From: Candidatus Aenigmatarchaeota archaeon | Lineage (GTDB): Archaea; Aenigmatarchaeota; Aenigmatarchaeia; CG10238-14 | Assembly: GCA_018920345.1 (NCBI GenBank) | Contig: JAHLMN010000007.1 | Location: forward strand, 2 to 64,001 | DNA length: 64,000 nt | Direction: 5' to 3' | Shown: positions 46,725 to 57,192 of the stretch, one piece after another | How the letters are laid out: each line of letters opens with the position of its first letter | Position numbering within the stretch: position 1 is the stretch's first letter | Position numbers and translations under genes: made by a program | The notes under the pieces: generated by a model | The model's database searches: none | What the model saw: the letters and a program-made list of their open reading frames with translations, nothing else | What the model was told of the DNA's origin: nothing

Positions 46725-47670
46725 TTTTTTCACCTATTACTTTCAATATATCATTTTCTGTTGGGAAATTTTTTACTGCACCTATTGACCTTACATTTAA
46801 AGAAGCGCAAACGCTAGCAAATTTCAAAGCATAAGTCATTGCATCTTTTCTTAAAAGAGAGAAAATGAAAGCTGAGGTAAATGCATCACCAGCCCCTGTA
46901 GTATCAACAACTTTAACTCTATATGCTTTTTGTTCATAAAATTTTGTTCCATGAATAGCTACACAACCTTTATTACCTCTTGTGATAACAACAGTTTCTG
47001 GCCCCAAATCTTTTATCGATTGCAAAGATTTTGGCAGTTCTTTTTTTGTTAATAGCTTTGCTTCTTCCTCATTCATTATTGCTATATGGCTGTCTTTTAT
47101 TAGCTCTAAAAGATCTTTTTTCCTTTCTCTAATCATTGCAGCACTTGGATTAGCTATTAATGTCAAGCCACATTCTTTTGCATACTTGAAAGCCTTATAT
47201 AAAGCTTCTATGGATTTTTCTCCTAAAACAGAAGTAAAGACAAAATATCTAAACATATTTACATATTCTTTTGAAATTTTCCTAGCATCTATAAAATCAT
47301 TTGCCCCTCTATAAATTATTATTGTTCTTTCACTATCTTCTCCTATCAATACAACAGATTTGCCAGTGGGTTTTTCTAAGACTTGAATTCCATCAACATT
47401 AACATTTGACTGTCTTAAAAAGTTCAATAATGCTTGACCAAATTCATCATTGCCAACAGCTCCTATTAGCCCAGATCTTTTACCTAGAGAAGCAATGCCA
47501 TAAGCTATATTATGAGCCGAGCCGCCAAAAGTTGTTTCTAAAAAAGATGCTTCTATTTTTGTGCCATAATCAAGAACAAATTGTTTTTTATTTTTCAATT
47601 TTTGAACTTTTATTTGTTTTGAAGAAACTATAACATCAGCTATAATTGAACCAAATGAAAGCACATCCAT
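46717..47670 (-). CDS. PfkB-family carbohydrate kinase
   Basis: GGSAHNIAYG N-terminal motif and the DTTGAGDAF ATP/anion-hole motif. Confidence 0.85.
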   Translation of the reverse strand: MDVLSFGSIIADVIVSSKQIKVQKLKNKKQFVLDYGTKIEASFLETTFGGSAHNIAYGIASLGKRSGLIGAVGNDEFGQALLNFLRQSNVNVDGIQVLEKPTGKSVVLIGEDSERTIIIYRGANDFIDARKISKEYVNMFRYFVFTSVLGEKSIEALYKAFKYAKECGLTLIANPSAAMIRERKKDLLELIKDSHIAIMNEEEAKLLTKKELPKSLQSIKDLGPETVVITRGNKGCVAIHGTKFYEQKAYRVKVVDTTGAGDAFTSAFIFSLLRKDAMTYALKFASVCASLNVRSIGAVKNFPTENDILKVIGEKNV

Positions 47671-47779
47671 AATAGAATTATTTGTTTTTCTATTTATTAA
47701 ATTTCAAAATTGTATTCATGCATTTTTTACCTAAATATAAGCAAATTTTATAATTAATAGAAACTAATTATTTAGATAT

Positions 47780-47989
47780 ATGAAGCCTGAAGAAATTTTT
47801 GGTATAAATGCTGGCAAGGTATGGCAATTATTGGATAAAAATCGTTCAACACCTTTAACACTTCAAGAAATAATGAAATTAGGTAAACTAACAAGAGATG
47901 ATGTCATGAGTGGTTTGGGTTGGTTGGGAAGAGAGGGAAAAATAGAAATAGTTGAAAAAGATGGTAAGCTTGCTTATAGACTTTTGTGA
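47780..47989 (+). CDS. Small winged-helix protein (DUF2582-like)
   Basis: 69 aa. The pattern AGKVWQLL...LTLQEI...LGWLGREGKIEI resembles small archaeal wHTH proteins. Confidence 0.5.
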   Translation: MKPEEIFGINAGKVWQLLDKNRSTPLTLQEIMKLGKLTRDDVMSGLGWLGREGKIEIVEKDGKLAYRLL

Positions 47990-47995
47990 GGTGAT

Positions 47996-50257
47996 TTGTT
48001 GAGGTTTGTAAAATTTTTGAAAGAAATGTCAAGAAAAGATTTGGCTATAGCTGGAGGTAAAGGTGCAAATTTAGCTGAAATGTATAATATTGGTTTACCT
48101 GTACCAAATGCTTTTGTTGTTACTGCCCAAGCTTACAAATATTTTTTAGAAAAAACTAAATTAAACCAAACTATATTTGAAATTTTGAAAAATACTGATG
48201 TTAACGATAGTGATCAACTCCAAAAAAATACTCAAAGAATTAGAGATTTAATTGAAAAAACAAAAATACCTGAAGAAATTGAAAAAGAAATAGAAGAAGC
48301 TTATGAAAAATTGTCAAAACAATATGGCGTTAAAGAGGAATGGGTTGTTGCAAGAAGTTCTGCTACTGCTGAAGATTTACCTGACGCTTCATTTGCTGGC
48401 CAACAATTAACAGTGTTAAATATAAAAGGAAGTAAAAATGTCATTAAAGCAATAAAACAATGCTGGGCATCATTGTTTACTGCAAGAGCAACTTTTTATA
48501 GAGTTAGTAAAGGTTTTGATCATTCAAAAGTTTTGATTGCTGTTCCAGTGCAAAAACAAGTAGATTCTGAGAAAGCTGGAGTTGGTTTTACAATTCATCC
48601 TTCCACTGGAGATAAAAACAAGATAATGATAGAAGGATCTTGGGGCCAAGGAGAAAGTGTTGTTTCTGGCTCTGTAACACCTGATACATATATATTGGAT
48701 AAAAAAACAGGTGAAGTGTTGCAAAAACATATTGCCACAAAATTAGAGATGCGTATACTTGATAAAAAGAAAGGTGGTATCAAAGTTCTTAAAGTTCCAA
48801 AAGACAAACAAAACAAAAGAGTTTTAACAAATTCTGAGCTAGAGCAACTGTATAAACTTGCTTTAAAACTTGAAAATCACTACAAGAAACCACAAGACTT
48901 TGAATGGACAATAGAAAAGGGAAAAGTTTATCTTGTACAAACAAGACCAATAACTGTGATTTATGAGAAAAAAGAGACAGCAGAAGTAGAAGGTGTAAAA
49001 CCAATATTACAGGGATTAGCTGCTTCGCCTGGCATAGCTCAAGGTGTCATCAAGATAATCAAATCGCCTAAAGAGTTAAGCAAGATAAAACAAGGTGATA
49101 TTTTAGTAACTAAGATGACAAACCCTGATTTTGTGCCGGCGATGAAAAGAGCTGCTGGAATAATAACTGACGAAGGTGGACAGACGTCTCATGCAGCTAT
49201 AGTGTCACGTGAATTAGGAGTAGTTTGTGTTGTTGGCACTAAAGAAGCTACTAAAAAATTGAAAGATGGCAATCTTGTTACAATAGATGGATATAATGGC
49301 AAAGTTTACTTGGGAAAAATAGAAATTGCCAGAAAAGAAGAAAAGTATGAGTATGTCAAGACAAAAACTAAAGTTTACATAAACTTAGGTGAACCAGAGC
49401 TAGCAGAAAGATATAAAGATTTGAAATGTGATGGAGTTGGCTTAATGCGAGCAGAGTTTATGGCTTCTGAAGTGGGTAAGCATCCAAAACTGCTTATAAA
49501 AAGAGGTGGCGATGATTTATTCATCAATACATTTGCAAAAGGAATTGAAAAAGTTGCAAAAGCATTTTATCCAAGACCAATTGTTTATAGAGCATTAGAT
49601 TTCAAAACAAATGAATATGCTGATCTAGCTGGAGGAAAACGTTACGAGCCACATGAAAACAATCCAATGATTGGTTGGAGGGGTGCTTCTCGATACATAA
49701 CAGAGCCAGAAACTTTTGAGCTAGAGTTAAGAGCAATAAAGAAAGTGAGAGATAAAGGTTATGATAATGTTTATTTGATGATTCCTTTTGTTAGAACCTT
49801 ATGGGAATTGGATGAAATAAAGAAAATAATTGATAAAGTTGGTTTAAGTAAAGACAAAAAATTCAAGCTATGGATAATGGTTGAGGTGCCTTCAGCTGCA
49901 ATATTAATAGAAGAGTTTTGTAAGAAAGGTATAGATGGTGTTTCTATCGGCAGCAATGATTTGACACAATTAATATTAGGAGTAGATAGAGATTCTGCTA
50001 TTCTAGGTGAAAAGTGGTTTAATGAATTAGATCCAGCTGTTTTGTGGGCTTTGGAAAGAATAATAAAAACATGTAAAAAATACAAAGTTACTTGCTCTAT
50101 TTGTGGTCAACTTCCATCAACACATCCAGAAATTGTCAAGCAGCTAGTAAAATGGGGTGTAACAAGTGTTTCTGTCAACCCTGATGTTGTGGATAAAGTA
50201 AGAAGTGTTGTTGCAGAAGCAGAAAAAGGATTAATACATAAAATTTTGAAAAAGTGA
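47996..50257 (+). CDS. ppsA: Phosphoenolpyruvate synthase (pyruvate, water dikinase)
   Basis: GGKGANLAEM, phosphohistidine region TDEGGQTSHAAIVSRELG, and a PEP-utilising TIM-barrel C-terminus (SIGSNDLTQL). TTG start just after a GAGGTGA SD. Confidence 0.95.
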   Translation: MLRFVKFLKEMSRKDLAIAGGKGANLAEMYNIGLPVPNAFVVTAQAYKYFLEKTKLNQTIFEILKNTDVNDSDQLQKNTQRIRDLIEKTKIPEEIEKEIEEAYEKLSKQYGVKEEWVVARSSATAEDLPDASFAGQQLTVLNIKGSKNVIKAIKQCWASLFTARATFYRVSKGFDHSKVLIAVPVQKQVDSEKAGVGFTIHPSTGDKNKIMIEGSWGQGESVVSGSVTPDTYILDKKTGEVLQKHIATKLEMRILDKKKGGIKVLKVPKDKQNKRVLTNSELEQLYKLALKLENHYKKPQDFEWTIEKGKVYLVQTRPITVIYEKKETAEVEGVKPILQGLAASPGIAQGVIKIIKSPKELSKIKQGDILVTKMTNPDFVPAMKRAAGIITDEGGQTSHAAIVSRELGVVCVVGTKEATKKLKDGNLVTIDGYNGKVYLGKIEIARKEEKYEYVKTKTKVYINLGEPELAERYKDLKCDGVGLMRAEFMASEVGKHPKLLIKRGGDDLFINTFAKGIEKVAKAFYPRPIVYRALDFKTNEYADLAGGKRYEPHENNPMIGWRGASRYITEPETFELELRAIKKVRDKGYDNVYLMIPFVRTLWELDEIKKIIDKVGLSKDKKFKLWIMVEVPSAAILIEEFCKKGIDGVSIGSNDLTQLILGVDRDSAILGEKWFNELDPAVLWALERIIKTCKKYKVTCSICGQLPSTHPEIVKQLVKWGVTSVSVNPDVVDKVRSVVAEAEKGLIHKILKK

Positions 50258-50258
50258 T

Positions 50259-51236
50259 TTAAAAAAATATATTCAAAATATAACCTATTATCATTACTCC
50301 AAATAAAGTTACTGAAATAAATATTGCTAGCAATTGCCATTTCATTACTTTGCTTAGCATCATCATTTCAGGAAAAGAAACTGTAACTACTGCTGTCATA
50401 AATGCCAAAGCTGTTCCTATTGGAACGCCTTTCTCTGTTAAAGCTTCTATTATTGGAATAACACCAACAGAATTTGCATATAATGGAGCACCCAAAATAA
50501 CAGCTAAAGGTGTTGACCACCATTCTTTTGAAGATAAATATTTTTCTACTAGTTCAATTGGAACAAAACCATGTATTAAAGCACCTATTCCTACACCAAT
50601 CAAAACATAAGGAAAAATTTGTTTTGTGATCTGCCATCCATCATTCCACCAGTATTTTAATAAAAATTTGAGCTCTATTTTTTCTTGATATTCTTCTTCT
50701 AAAACCTTTCTATTTTTATATTTGATTAAATCTTTGTTGATCCATTTTTCAGGTTTTATGCTTTGTATAAATAATCCTCCTATTATTGCTATAATTATTC
50801 CTATAATATTGTAAATCAAAGTGATTTTAATACCAAATATTGCTGGAAACAAATAAAGAGATGCTTCATTGACTAGAGGAGATGATATTAAAAAAGTAAA
50901 TGTAATGCCCAAAGGTATACCAGCTGAAATAAAACCAATAAATAATGGAATAGATGAACAAGAACAAAAAGGTGTAACAACACCTAGTATCGCTGCTAAC
51001 AAATAATCCAAACCAAACAATCTTTTTTTATTTAGAATTTTTCTTATTTTTTCTGTGGGAAAATAATATCTTGTTATAGCCATTATAAAATTTATTATAA
51101 TTAAAAGTAAGCCAATTTTAATTATATCATAAATAAAAAAATTTATTGATTCACCCAAATAAGATCCTTTAGCAATATGAAGAAAATCATATGTAACAAA
51201 ATCCGAAAGGTATTTTATTGGTTCAAAAATATCCAT
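50259..51236 (-). CDS. Permease, ArsP/DUF318 family
   Basis: VVTPFCSCSSIPLFIGF signature, ~8 TM helices, paired with a thioredoxin-like gene as is usual for this family. Confidence 0.72.
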   Translation of the reverse strand: MDIFEPIKYLSDFVTYDFLHIAKGSYLGESINFFIYDIIKIGLLLIIINFIMAITRYYFPTEKIRKILNKKRLFGLDYLLAAILGVVTPFCSCSSIPLFIGFISAGIPLGITFTFLISSPLVNEASLYLFPAIFGIKITLIYNIIGIIIAIIGGLFIQSIKPEKWINKDLIKYKNRKVLEEEYQEKIELKFLLKYWWNDGWQITKQIFPYVLIGVGIGALIHGFVPIELVEKYLSSKEWWSTPLAVILGAPLYANSVGVIPIIEALTEKGVPIGTALAFMTAVVTVSFPEMMMLSKVMKWQLLAIFISVTLFGVMIIGYILNIFF

Positions 51237-51237
51237 T

Positions 51238-51480
51238 TTATCGCCTTAAGGCTTTTTTTATTTTCTCTATGTCATTTGTAAAGCCGACAAAAACAATTTT
51301 TTCATTAACAGCAATCACAGGACTTGACATTGCACCTAGTTCTATTAATTTTTTTAAACCTTTATCTCCTGTTATATATTTTACCTCTTCATTTATCCCC
51401 AACTCTTTTGCTGCTTGCTTGGTTATTTCATACAATTTTTTACATGTTGGGCATCCTGAACCTATAACTTCTATTTCCAT
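51238..51480 (-). CDS. Thioredoxin-fold redox-active disulfide protein (MTH895/TM0996-like)
   Basis: MEIEVIGSGCPTCKKL with a CPTC active site. 80 aa. Confidence 0.75.
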   Translation of the reverse strand: MEIEVIGSGCPTCKKLYEITKQAAKELGINEEVKYITGDKGLKKLIELGAMSSPVIAVNEKIVFVGFTNDIEKIKKALRR

Positions 51481-51531
51481 TTTATCACCAAATATTTTAG
51501 AAGTAATATTTACAATTATAAATATATAAAT

Positions 51532-52107
51532 TTAAGCTTCAATAACATAATCAAAATAATCATCATATGGGTTTTCTAACTTCATCATCTCTTCAATAGT
51601 TAACTTTTCAAAATATCTTCTGAATGGTCTCATAGAATTTCCGTGAGCTGATATTGCAACATTAACTTTTTCTTTTTTCATCATTTTAATTAAATCTTTA
51701 ATGAATGATAAAACTCTCTTTTCAACCATTTTTATAGATTCTCCACCAGGTGGAGCAACATCATAAGAACGATGCCATATATCAAATTGTTTTTGCCCAT
51801 ACTTTTTAATTATAGTTTTATGATATTTTCCTTGTAGATCACCATAACTTCTTTCTATAATTCTATCATCAACTATTATTTTTTTACATTCTGGATGATA
51901 TTTCAAAACTATTTTTAATGTATCTTTTGATCTCGATAATCTAGAACAAAAAGCAACATCTATTTTCAAATTTTTCATTTTTTTAGCTAATTTTTCAGCG
52001 GATTTTATACCCAATGGGCTCAATTTTGAATCCTTCCAGCCTGTAAATCTCTTAGCCAAATTGAAATATGTTTGTCCGTGTCTAAAAAGGTAAATGTGTA
52101 GTTTCAT
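51532..52107 (-). CDS. Histidine phosphatase / phosphoglycerate mutase family protein
   Basis: LFRHGQT catalytic motif, SRLSRSKDT, ISAHGNSMR. Confidence 0.8.
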   Translation of the reverse strand: MKLHIYLFRHGQTYFNLAKRFTGWKDSKLSPLGIKSAEKLAKKMKNLKIDVAFCSRLSRSKDTLKIVLKYHPECKKIIVDDRIIERSYGDLQGKYHKTIIKKYGQKQFDIWHRSYDVAPPGGESIKMVEKRVLSFIKDLIKMMKKEKVNVAISAHGNSMRPFRRYFEKLTIEEMMKLENPYDDYFDYVIEA

Positions 52108-52167
52108 AAAAATTATGTCAGTTTTTAAATAAAAAAGCTTTTAAAAATTTGAGTTAGTTATTGATAA

Positions 52168-52650
52168 ATGAACATATGCCAAAAATGCAGAGAATGCTGT
52201 AAATTTAAAAAAGATGAAGAATATTTTGCACCTCTTTTTACTAAAAAAGAAATAGAAATTATAGGAGCAGATAAAAATTTATTTAAGAAAAAAGGTAAAG
52301 GTGTCTTTCAAATTAAACTTGTAAAATCAAAAATTGATGAAAATATTCTAGTTTGTCCTTTTTTGAATGAAGATACACATTTATGTAAAATTTATCCAAA
52401 TAGACCATTTGATTGTAAAATTTGGCCCTTTATTTTTATGAAAGAGGGTAAATCAATATTTCTAGGTTGTTTTAAAAAAGAATTTTGTGAAATAACTAAA
52501 CAAAAGAGCGAAGAGGAATTTCAAAAATATTTATATTCAGTTTTTGAATGGATAGAAACAAACAAAATAGAAGAATTAATAAAAAAATATCCTGATTTAA
52601 TTTGGGAAAAGGAAAATGATACAATAATATTAAAGGAATTTTCTATTTGA
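52168..52650 (+). CDS. YkgJ/UPF0153-family Fe-S/zinc cluster protein (CxxCxxCC)
   Basis: N-terminal CQKCRECC plus conserved downstream Cys residues (CPFL, CKIY, CKIWP). Confidence 0.65.
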   Translation: MNICQKCRECCKFKKDEEYFAPLFTKKEIEIIGADKNLFKKKGKGVFQIKLVKSKIDENILVCPFLNEDTHLCKIYPNRPFDCKIWPFIFMKEGKSIFLGCFKKEFCEITKQKSEEEFQKYLYSVFEWIETNKIEELIKKYPDLIWEKENDTIILKEFSI

Positions 52651-54142
52651 CTCTTTTCTTTAATTCGTTAGAAATTTCTGCCAAAGTATCAATATTTATA
52701 TAGGTATTTGGGTAAATAACATCTTCTGCTAAAACAAAATCAATAGGTGAAGTTGGTTTTTCTTCTGCAGTTACTTTTAATGTTTCTTCCGATTTCTTTT
52801 TTGGTTTTTTTGTTTTCTCTTTTATAGTTTCTAGTTTTGCTTCTAAACCTTTCATTAAAGTCTTTAAATCCTCTTCTTCTTTTTCTTTTTTAACATTCAT
52901 TAAAGCCAATTCTTTAATAACTCTAACTTTTATCTCAGATAAACCAGTAATTGTATTTATGAATGCATCATGGGGTGTAGCAAAAGGTGAGAAATATTTA
53001 TGAACATCACCATCATTCCACCATTTTGTACACATGTAATAAAGCAAATCACTTTGTTGAAGTAATCTCCACATTCTTATATGTTGTTGTCCGTTCTGCT
53101 TAACTAATGTCTCTAACCTTTCTAATTCTTCAAATGTCATTTTTTGCATCGAATTCCCAAGCCAAGCTGATGTATCTCTTTCCATATCTGCCCAAGAAAT
53201 TGTATTATTTTCATGTACATCTATTTCTCCCAATGGTTCATATTTTTGAGCTGCTTCAGATGGTAAAACAAAATCTAAGTTTTGCCAATCAAATATTTTC
53301 CATGGTAATGCTTTTAAGAAAAAGAATATACCACTATCTTCAGGCTGATGCTCGCCAAAAGTTTCATAATCCATAAATAATGTTATAATTTGTCCCGGTG
53401 TAGAAGAAAGCCATATTGAATATTTTTCAGCTGTTAAAGGCCACTCATTCCAATTCTTTGCAGAAAATCTATAGCCTACATCATCACTCAATCTATAATT
53501 TCTTGTAAATACTCTTATTCTTTCTTTTAACGGCTTGTCGTTTTCTGAAACAGGTCCTCTAGCATAAACATAATTAGGAGAGCGCCAAGTCAATATTCTA
53601 TCAACACCCTCTGTAAATATTGCCTTAAAACCTAAATCTTCAACTGTTTTTGCAATTAAATTGTTGTAAATCATTTCAGTGTTTATAAAAACTGATGGTT
53701 TGACACCAAGAAAATCTTTTATTGCTTGTGTTTGCATTTTTATTTGTTCTTTAAACTCTTCCTTATTTTTAAACAGACCTGCTAAAGAATGAAAGTAAGT
53801 GCTTGCCAAAAATTCTGCTCTTCCTGTTTTTGCTACTTGTCTAAATAATTCAAGCAAATCTGGCTGCCATTTTTCACATTGCTCAAGCCAAACACCTGAC
53901 ATGTTAAAGGCACATTTAAACTCTCTTTTTTGACCTTTGAAAGTATCTATTAACTCCAAAAGTATGTGAGTAGTTGGATAATAACATTTTTGAGATGCTC
54001 TATCAAAAACATATTTGTTTAAGCCATTGCTGCTAAAAAAATGATCAACTAACTTTTCATCCTCAAGATGTTCACTTGGACCTGGTAAATGTTTTACTCT
54101 TAAAGGTTGGTGAATCTCAAATCCAAGTAATATTGACGCCAC
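52643..54142 (-). CDS. Glycoside hydrolase family 57 (alpha-amylase/branching-enzyme-like) with a K/E-rich C-terminal tail
   Basis: GFEIHQP start motif, STYFHS, MDYETFGEH. GTG start after a GGGGGT SD. Confidence 0.8.
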   Translation of the reverse strand: MASILLGFEIHQPLRVKHLPGPSEHLEDEKLVDHFFSSNGLNKYVFDRASQKCYYPTTHILLELIDTFKGQKREFKCAFNMSGVWLEQCEKWQPDLLELFRQVAKTGRAEFLASTYFHSLAGLFKNKEEFKEQIKMQTQAIKDFLGVKPSVFINTEMIYNNLIAKTVEDLGFKAIFTEGVDRILTWRSPNYVYARGPVSENDKPLKERIRVFTRNYRLSDDVGYRFSAKNWNEWPLTAEKYSIWLSSTPGQIITLFMDYETFGEHQPEDSGIFFFLKALPWKIFDWQNLDFVLPSEAAQKYEPLGEIDVHENNTISWADMERDTSAWLGNSMQKMTFEELERLETLVKQNGQQHIRMWRLLQQSDLLYYMCTKWWNDGDVHKYFSPFATPHDAFINTITGLSEIKVRVIKELALMNVKKEKEEEDLKTLMKGLEAKLETIKEKTKKPKKKSEETLKVTAEEKPTSPIDFVLAEDVIYPNTYINIDTLAEISNELKKRVK

Positions 54143-54177
54143 TTTTTACCCCCTAATAAAAATATCTGCAATTAAAT

Positions 54178-55314
54178 TTAATTTTTTAGATTAAAAAGGT
54201 TTTGTAAATTTTCTTCATTTCTTACTTTACTAACTATTTTTCCTTTTCCTGGATCAACTTTTTTTATTAAAGCCAAATAGTAACTTAACCACTCAAGAGG
54301 TATTATATATATAAACGGTGAAAGTAAATCGCCTTCTATATTAGAAAACATAGATTTTTTATCAGCATCTATAAATTCAAAAGGATCTATTTCTATGACA
54401 AGTTTTTTCGGCCATACATTTTTTATGATTTTATATAATTTCATAGAATTATCCCAAAATTCTAATGGTTTTAGTATTATCAAAATATTAGGCCTTCTTT
54501 CAACAACCTCTATTAAACTATGAATAAACTCTTCTGCTTCTATATCGCAAGCATTTGTTTTTACACCCTCCATGAACATTATTCTTGCTGCTTTTCTTGC
54601 AACTAAATATCTTGGTCCATCACCTAATATATAAAAATTTTCCTTTGCTTTTAGTTTTAGAGCTAAATTTCTACTATATTCTTTGAGTTTTTCACTTCGA
54701 CTTAAAACATCAACTATTTTAGGTATCTGATTTACTTGAAGATCTAATATTCTTTCTTCACTAAATATTAAAATCGCTAAAAGATTTAGCAAAGCTAAAG
54801 AAGTGTGAAATGTAGCTGTGCTTGGTAATGGCTCTTCGGGATATATTTCAGTCCAAGTGTTCAATAAAAATGCTTTTTTATAGCTTTTGCATAATTCTAT
54901 CAAACTATTTTGTTTATCTTCTTTTAGATTAGTTATACAAACTATCCAAGCATTTTTCTTTTTAACTTCTTTAAAAGCCTCTAAAACATCTGATGTTGTT
55001 CCTGATTGACTAAGAAAAATCACACATGTGTTTTCATCTATTGATTTTGAAGGATAATTTGCTAAAATTCTTGAATGAATTACATTTAATGGTTTTTTTG
55101 AATACTTTCTCCAAATATATTCTGTAATTAAAGGAATTATGTATTTGTCACCACAACCAGAAAAAACAAAATTTTTGCAATTTTTCACTTTTTCTGCCAC
55201 AAATTTAACTTTTTCTATTTCTTTACTAAAAGTAAGTGATATAGATCTTCCTTGGCTTTCTATATTTGCTTTCATATTTGTTGAGTCTATTTTTTCTAAT
55301 TTAAACCAATTCAT
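54178..55314 (-). CDS. SIS-domain sugar-phosphate isomerase (GlmS C-terminal/PGI-PMI-like)
   Basis: FSGCGDKY, FLSQSGTTSDV, and a second SIS-like half. The likely start is an internal ATG (55314 or 55275), because the long track ORF would overlap the divergent gene. Confidence 0.7.
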   Translation of the reverse strand: MNWFKLEKIDSTNMKANIESQGRSISLTFSKEIEKVKFVAEKVKNCKNFVFSGCGDKYIIPLITEYIWRKYSKKPLNVIHSRILANYPSKSIDENTCVIFLSQSGTTSDVLEAFKEVKKKNAWIVCITNLKEDKQNSLIELCKSYKKAFLLNTWTEIYPEEPLPSTATFHTSLALLNLLAILIFSEERILDLQVNQIPKIVDVLSRSEKLKEYSRNLALKLKAKENFYILGDGPRYLVARKAARIMFMEGVKTNACDIEAEEFIHSLIEVVERRPNILIILKPLEFWDNSMKLYKIIKNVWPKKLVIEIDPFEFIDADKKSMFSNIEGDLLSPFIYIIPLEWLSYYLALIKKVDPGKGKIVSKVRNEENLQNLFNLKN

Positions 55315-55368
55315 CAAATAAAGATTGTTTAATGTAAATTTATTTTTTAATAGCATATATGTATAGTT

Positions 55369-56592
55369 ATGAAAGCAGTGTATGTTCCATGGCTTCATAT
55401 GCATCAGCCTATGGTGTGGCATAACGGAAAGCTTATGAGTAATTTGCAAAAAATGCTTCTAGCTTCTGATTCAAAAGAATCATGGGAAGCAAAGCTTATG
55501 GCTAGAGCATACAAAAATCCTGCAAAATATGTGTTAGAGTTAAGCAAAAAGGGATTTAAACCAAAAATAATGCTTGATTTTTCAGGTATTTTGTTGGAAG
55601 CTTTAGCAGGCATGAAAGAAATGCTTGAAAAAACAGAAGTAAATGGTGAAGTAATAGGGGATATAATATCTTTATATAAAGAGGTCATGGATAAATATCC
55701 GAATGCTATAGAATTTGCAGGTACCGCTTATTCACATTGTTATTTTCCTGCCATACCTGAAGATGATTGGTCTTTGCAGATAGAAGAATGGAAAAATGTT
55801 TTTGCTGAATTATTTGGTCAAAAGCATTTGAAAAAAGTAAAGGGGTTTTGGCTTCCTGAAATGGGAGTACCTAGTAAAGACAAGCTTGGAAAACTTATAG
55901 AAGTTTTGAAAGATAATGGATATGAATGGATGATATTGCCAATAGAAGCCTTAAAAGGTGAAAGACAACTTGGGTTTGAGCAGAGAATAATGATAACTAG
56001 TCAACCTCATTTTATAGAAGCTGATGGTGAAAAATTTCCTGTTATTTTTAGAGTAAAGTATGATTTTATTGATCAGCAGGCTGGTTGTGATGCAAACGGT
56101 ATTTATCAAAAAGCATTAATGGCAGCAAAAATATTTTCGTATAAATCTAGCAAACCAGCTTTAGTCGTACCTGCATCAGATGGTGAGAATGGTAATGTGA
56201 TGATGAATGAATTCTTCCCAAATACATTTGTTCCATTTTTCTCTAAGAAATATGAAGATGTTGGCTCTATGACAATAACAGAATTTTTAAAAAAATATTA
56301 TTCAAATAAAGGAAAAATAATGCCAGATGGCTCTGTTGAGTTATCTTTTGAAGGATCATCTTGGTTGGGCAGTCATGAAAATTGGCTTGGTGGAGACAAA
56401 AGAATTGAAATGAAGAAAAAAGTTGATGAACTAAGTAAAGATTTTCATAAGATTAAAAAACCTACAGAAAAAATGAAAAAGTTTTTGTTAATGGCTGAAA
56501 CTAGTTGCTATGTTTATTGGAACATGGATTATTGGTTTGATCAAGGAGAAGAAATGATATTAAATGCAAAAAAGATTTTCAAGAAGGAATAA
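55369..56592 (+). CDS. GH57-family-like glycan-processing enzyme
   Basis: HMHQP, GTAYSHCYFP, FWLPEMGV (catalytic Glu context), ASDGENG. Confidence 0.65.
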   Translation: MKAVYVPWLHMHQPMVWHNGKLMSNLQKMLLASDSKESWEAKLMARAYKNPAKYVLELSKKGFKPKIMLDFSGILLEALAGMKEMLEKTEVNGEVIGDIISLYKEVMDKYPNAIEFAGTAYSHCYFPAIPEDDWSLQIEEWKNVFAELFGQKHLKKVKGFWLPEMGVPSKDKLGKLIEVLKDNGYEWMILPIEALKGERQLGFEQRIMITSQPHFIEADGEKFPVIFRVKYDFIDQQAGCDANGIYQKALMAAKIFSYKSSKPALVVPASDGENGNVMMNEFFPNTFVPFFSKKYEDVGSMTITEFLKKYYSNKGKIMPDGSVELSFEGSSWLGSHENWLGGDKRIEMKKKVDELSKDFHKIKKPTEKMKKFLLMAETSCYVYWNMDYWFDQGEEMILNAKKIFKKE

Positions 56593-57085
56593 CTTCCAAT
56601 GTACCGTAAAAATTCTTTTTTATTAAAAGTGTATATTCTTTGATTAATGGTTTTCCTAGAATTTTATTAACTGCTAGCTGTAAATCATTATATTCTTCTA
56701 AGGCTCCTATATAAGGCATTTGAGCTATGCACTCTATTTTTTGACACTTTAAATCTTGCTGCTGTTTGAATTGCAAACACAAATAATCACCTTCGCTGAT
56801 CTCTTGATTTAAAATTAAATCATTAACACCTACTGGAGGTCTTATATCATCATAAGAAAAATAAACAACCTTAACAAAAATTGGTATTTGATATTTTACT
56901 TTAACTGAATTTTCTATTTCTTGTTGGCAAACTGACTGTATATCAGTATAGAAACTATTAAATGAAGATAAAGCTGCTTGATATTGAGATTGAGATATCG
57001 AGACAGTTAAAATTCTATATGCTAATGTCAAAACTAGTAAACCTATGATTATACTTCCTAAAAAAACTAATGTTTGCTCAGCCAC
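56579..57085 (-). CDS. Hypothetical N-terminally membrane-anchored protein
   Basis: GTG start, one N-terminal TM/signal-anchor (LVFLGSIIIGLLVLTLAY), and a Cys-containing ectodomain. Confidence 0.5.
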   Translation of the reverse strand: MAEQTLVFLGSIIIGLLVLTLAYRILTVSISQSQYQAALSSFNSFYTDIQSVCQQEIENSVKVKYQIPIFVKVVYFSYDDIRPPVGVNDLILNQEISEGDYLCLQFKQQQDLKCQKIECIAQMPYIGALEEYNDLQLAVNKILGKPLIKEYTLLIKKNFYGTLEVIPS

Positions 57086-57117
57086 TTTAAACTATTTGTT
57101 TTACAAAATTAAATTTA

Positions 57118-57191
57118 TGGGTTCGGCCGGATTTGAACCGGCGATTTCTGCCATGTGAGGGCAGCGTCTTAACCAACTGGACCACGAACCC
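57118..57191 (-). tRNA. tRNA-Val(CAC), intron-less, no encoded CCA
   Basis: Acceptor GGGTTCG/CGAACCC, A73, anticodon arm CTGCC-CTCACAT-GGCAG, T-arm GCCGG-TTCAAAT-CCGGC. Confidence 0.9.
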
Positions 57192-57192
57192 G

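Noticed and set aside
54178-55449. Full 423-aa version of the SIS-domain ORF
   Set aside because: The N-terminal ~45 residues (MQITHKLSVMPHHRLMHMKPWNIHCFH...) overlap the divergent GH57-like gene start and look non-coding. An internal ATG (55314 or 55275) is more plausible.
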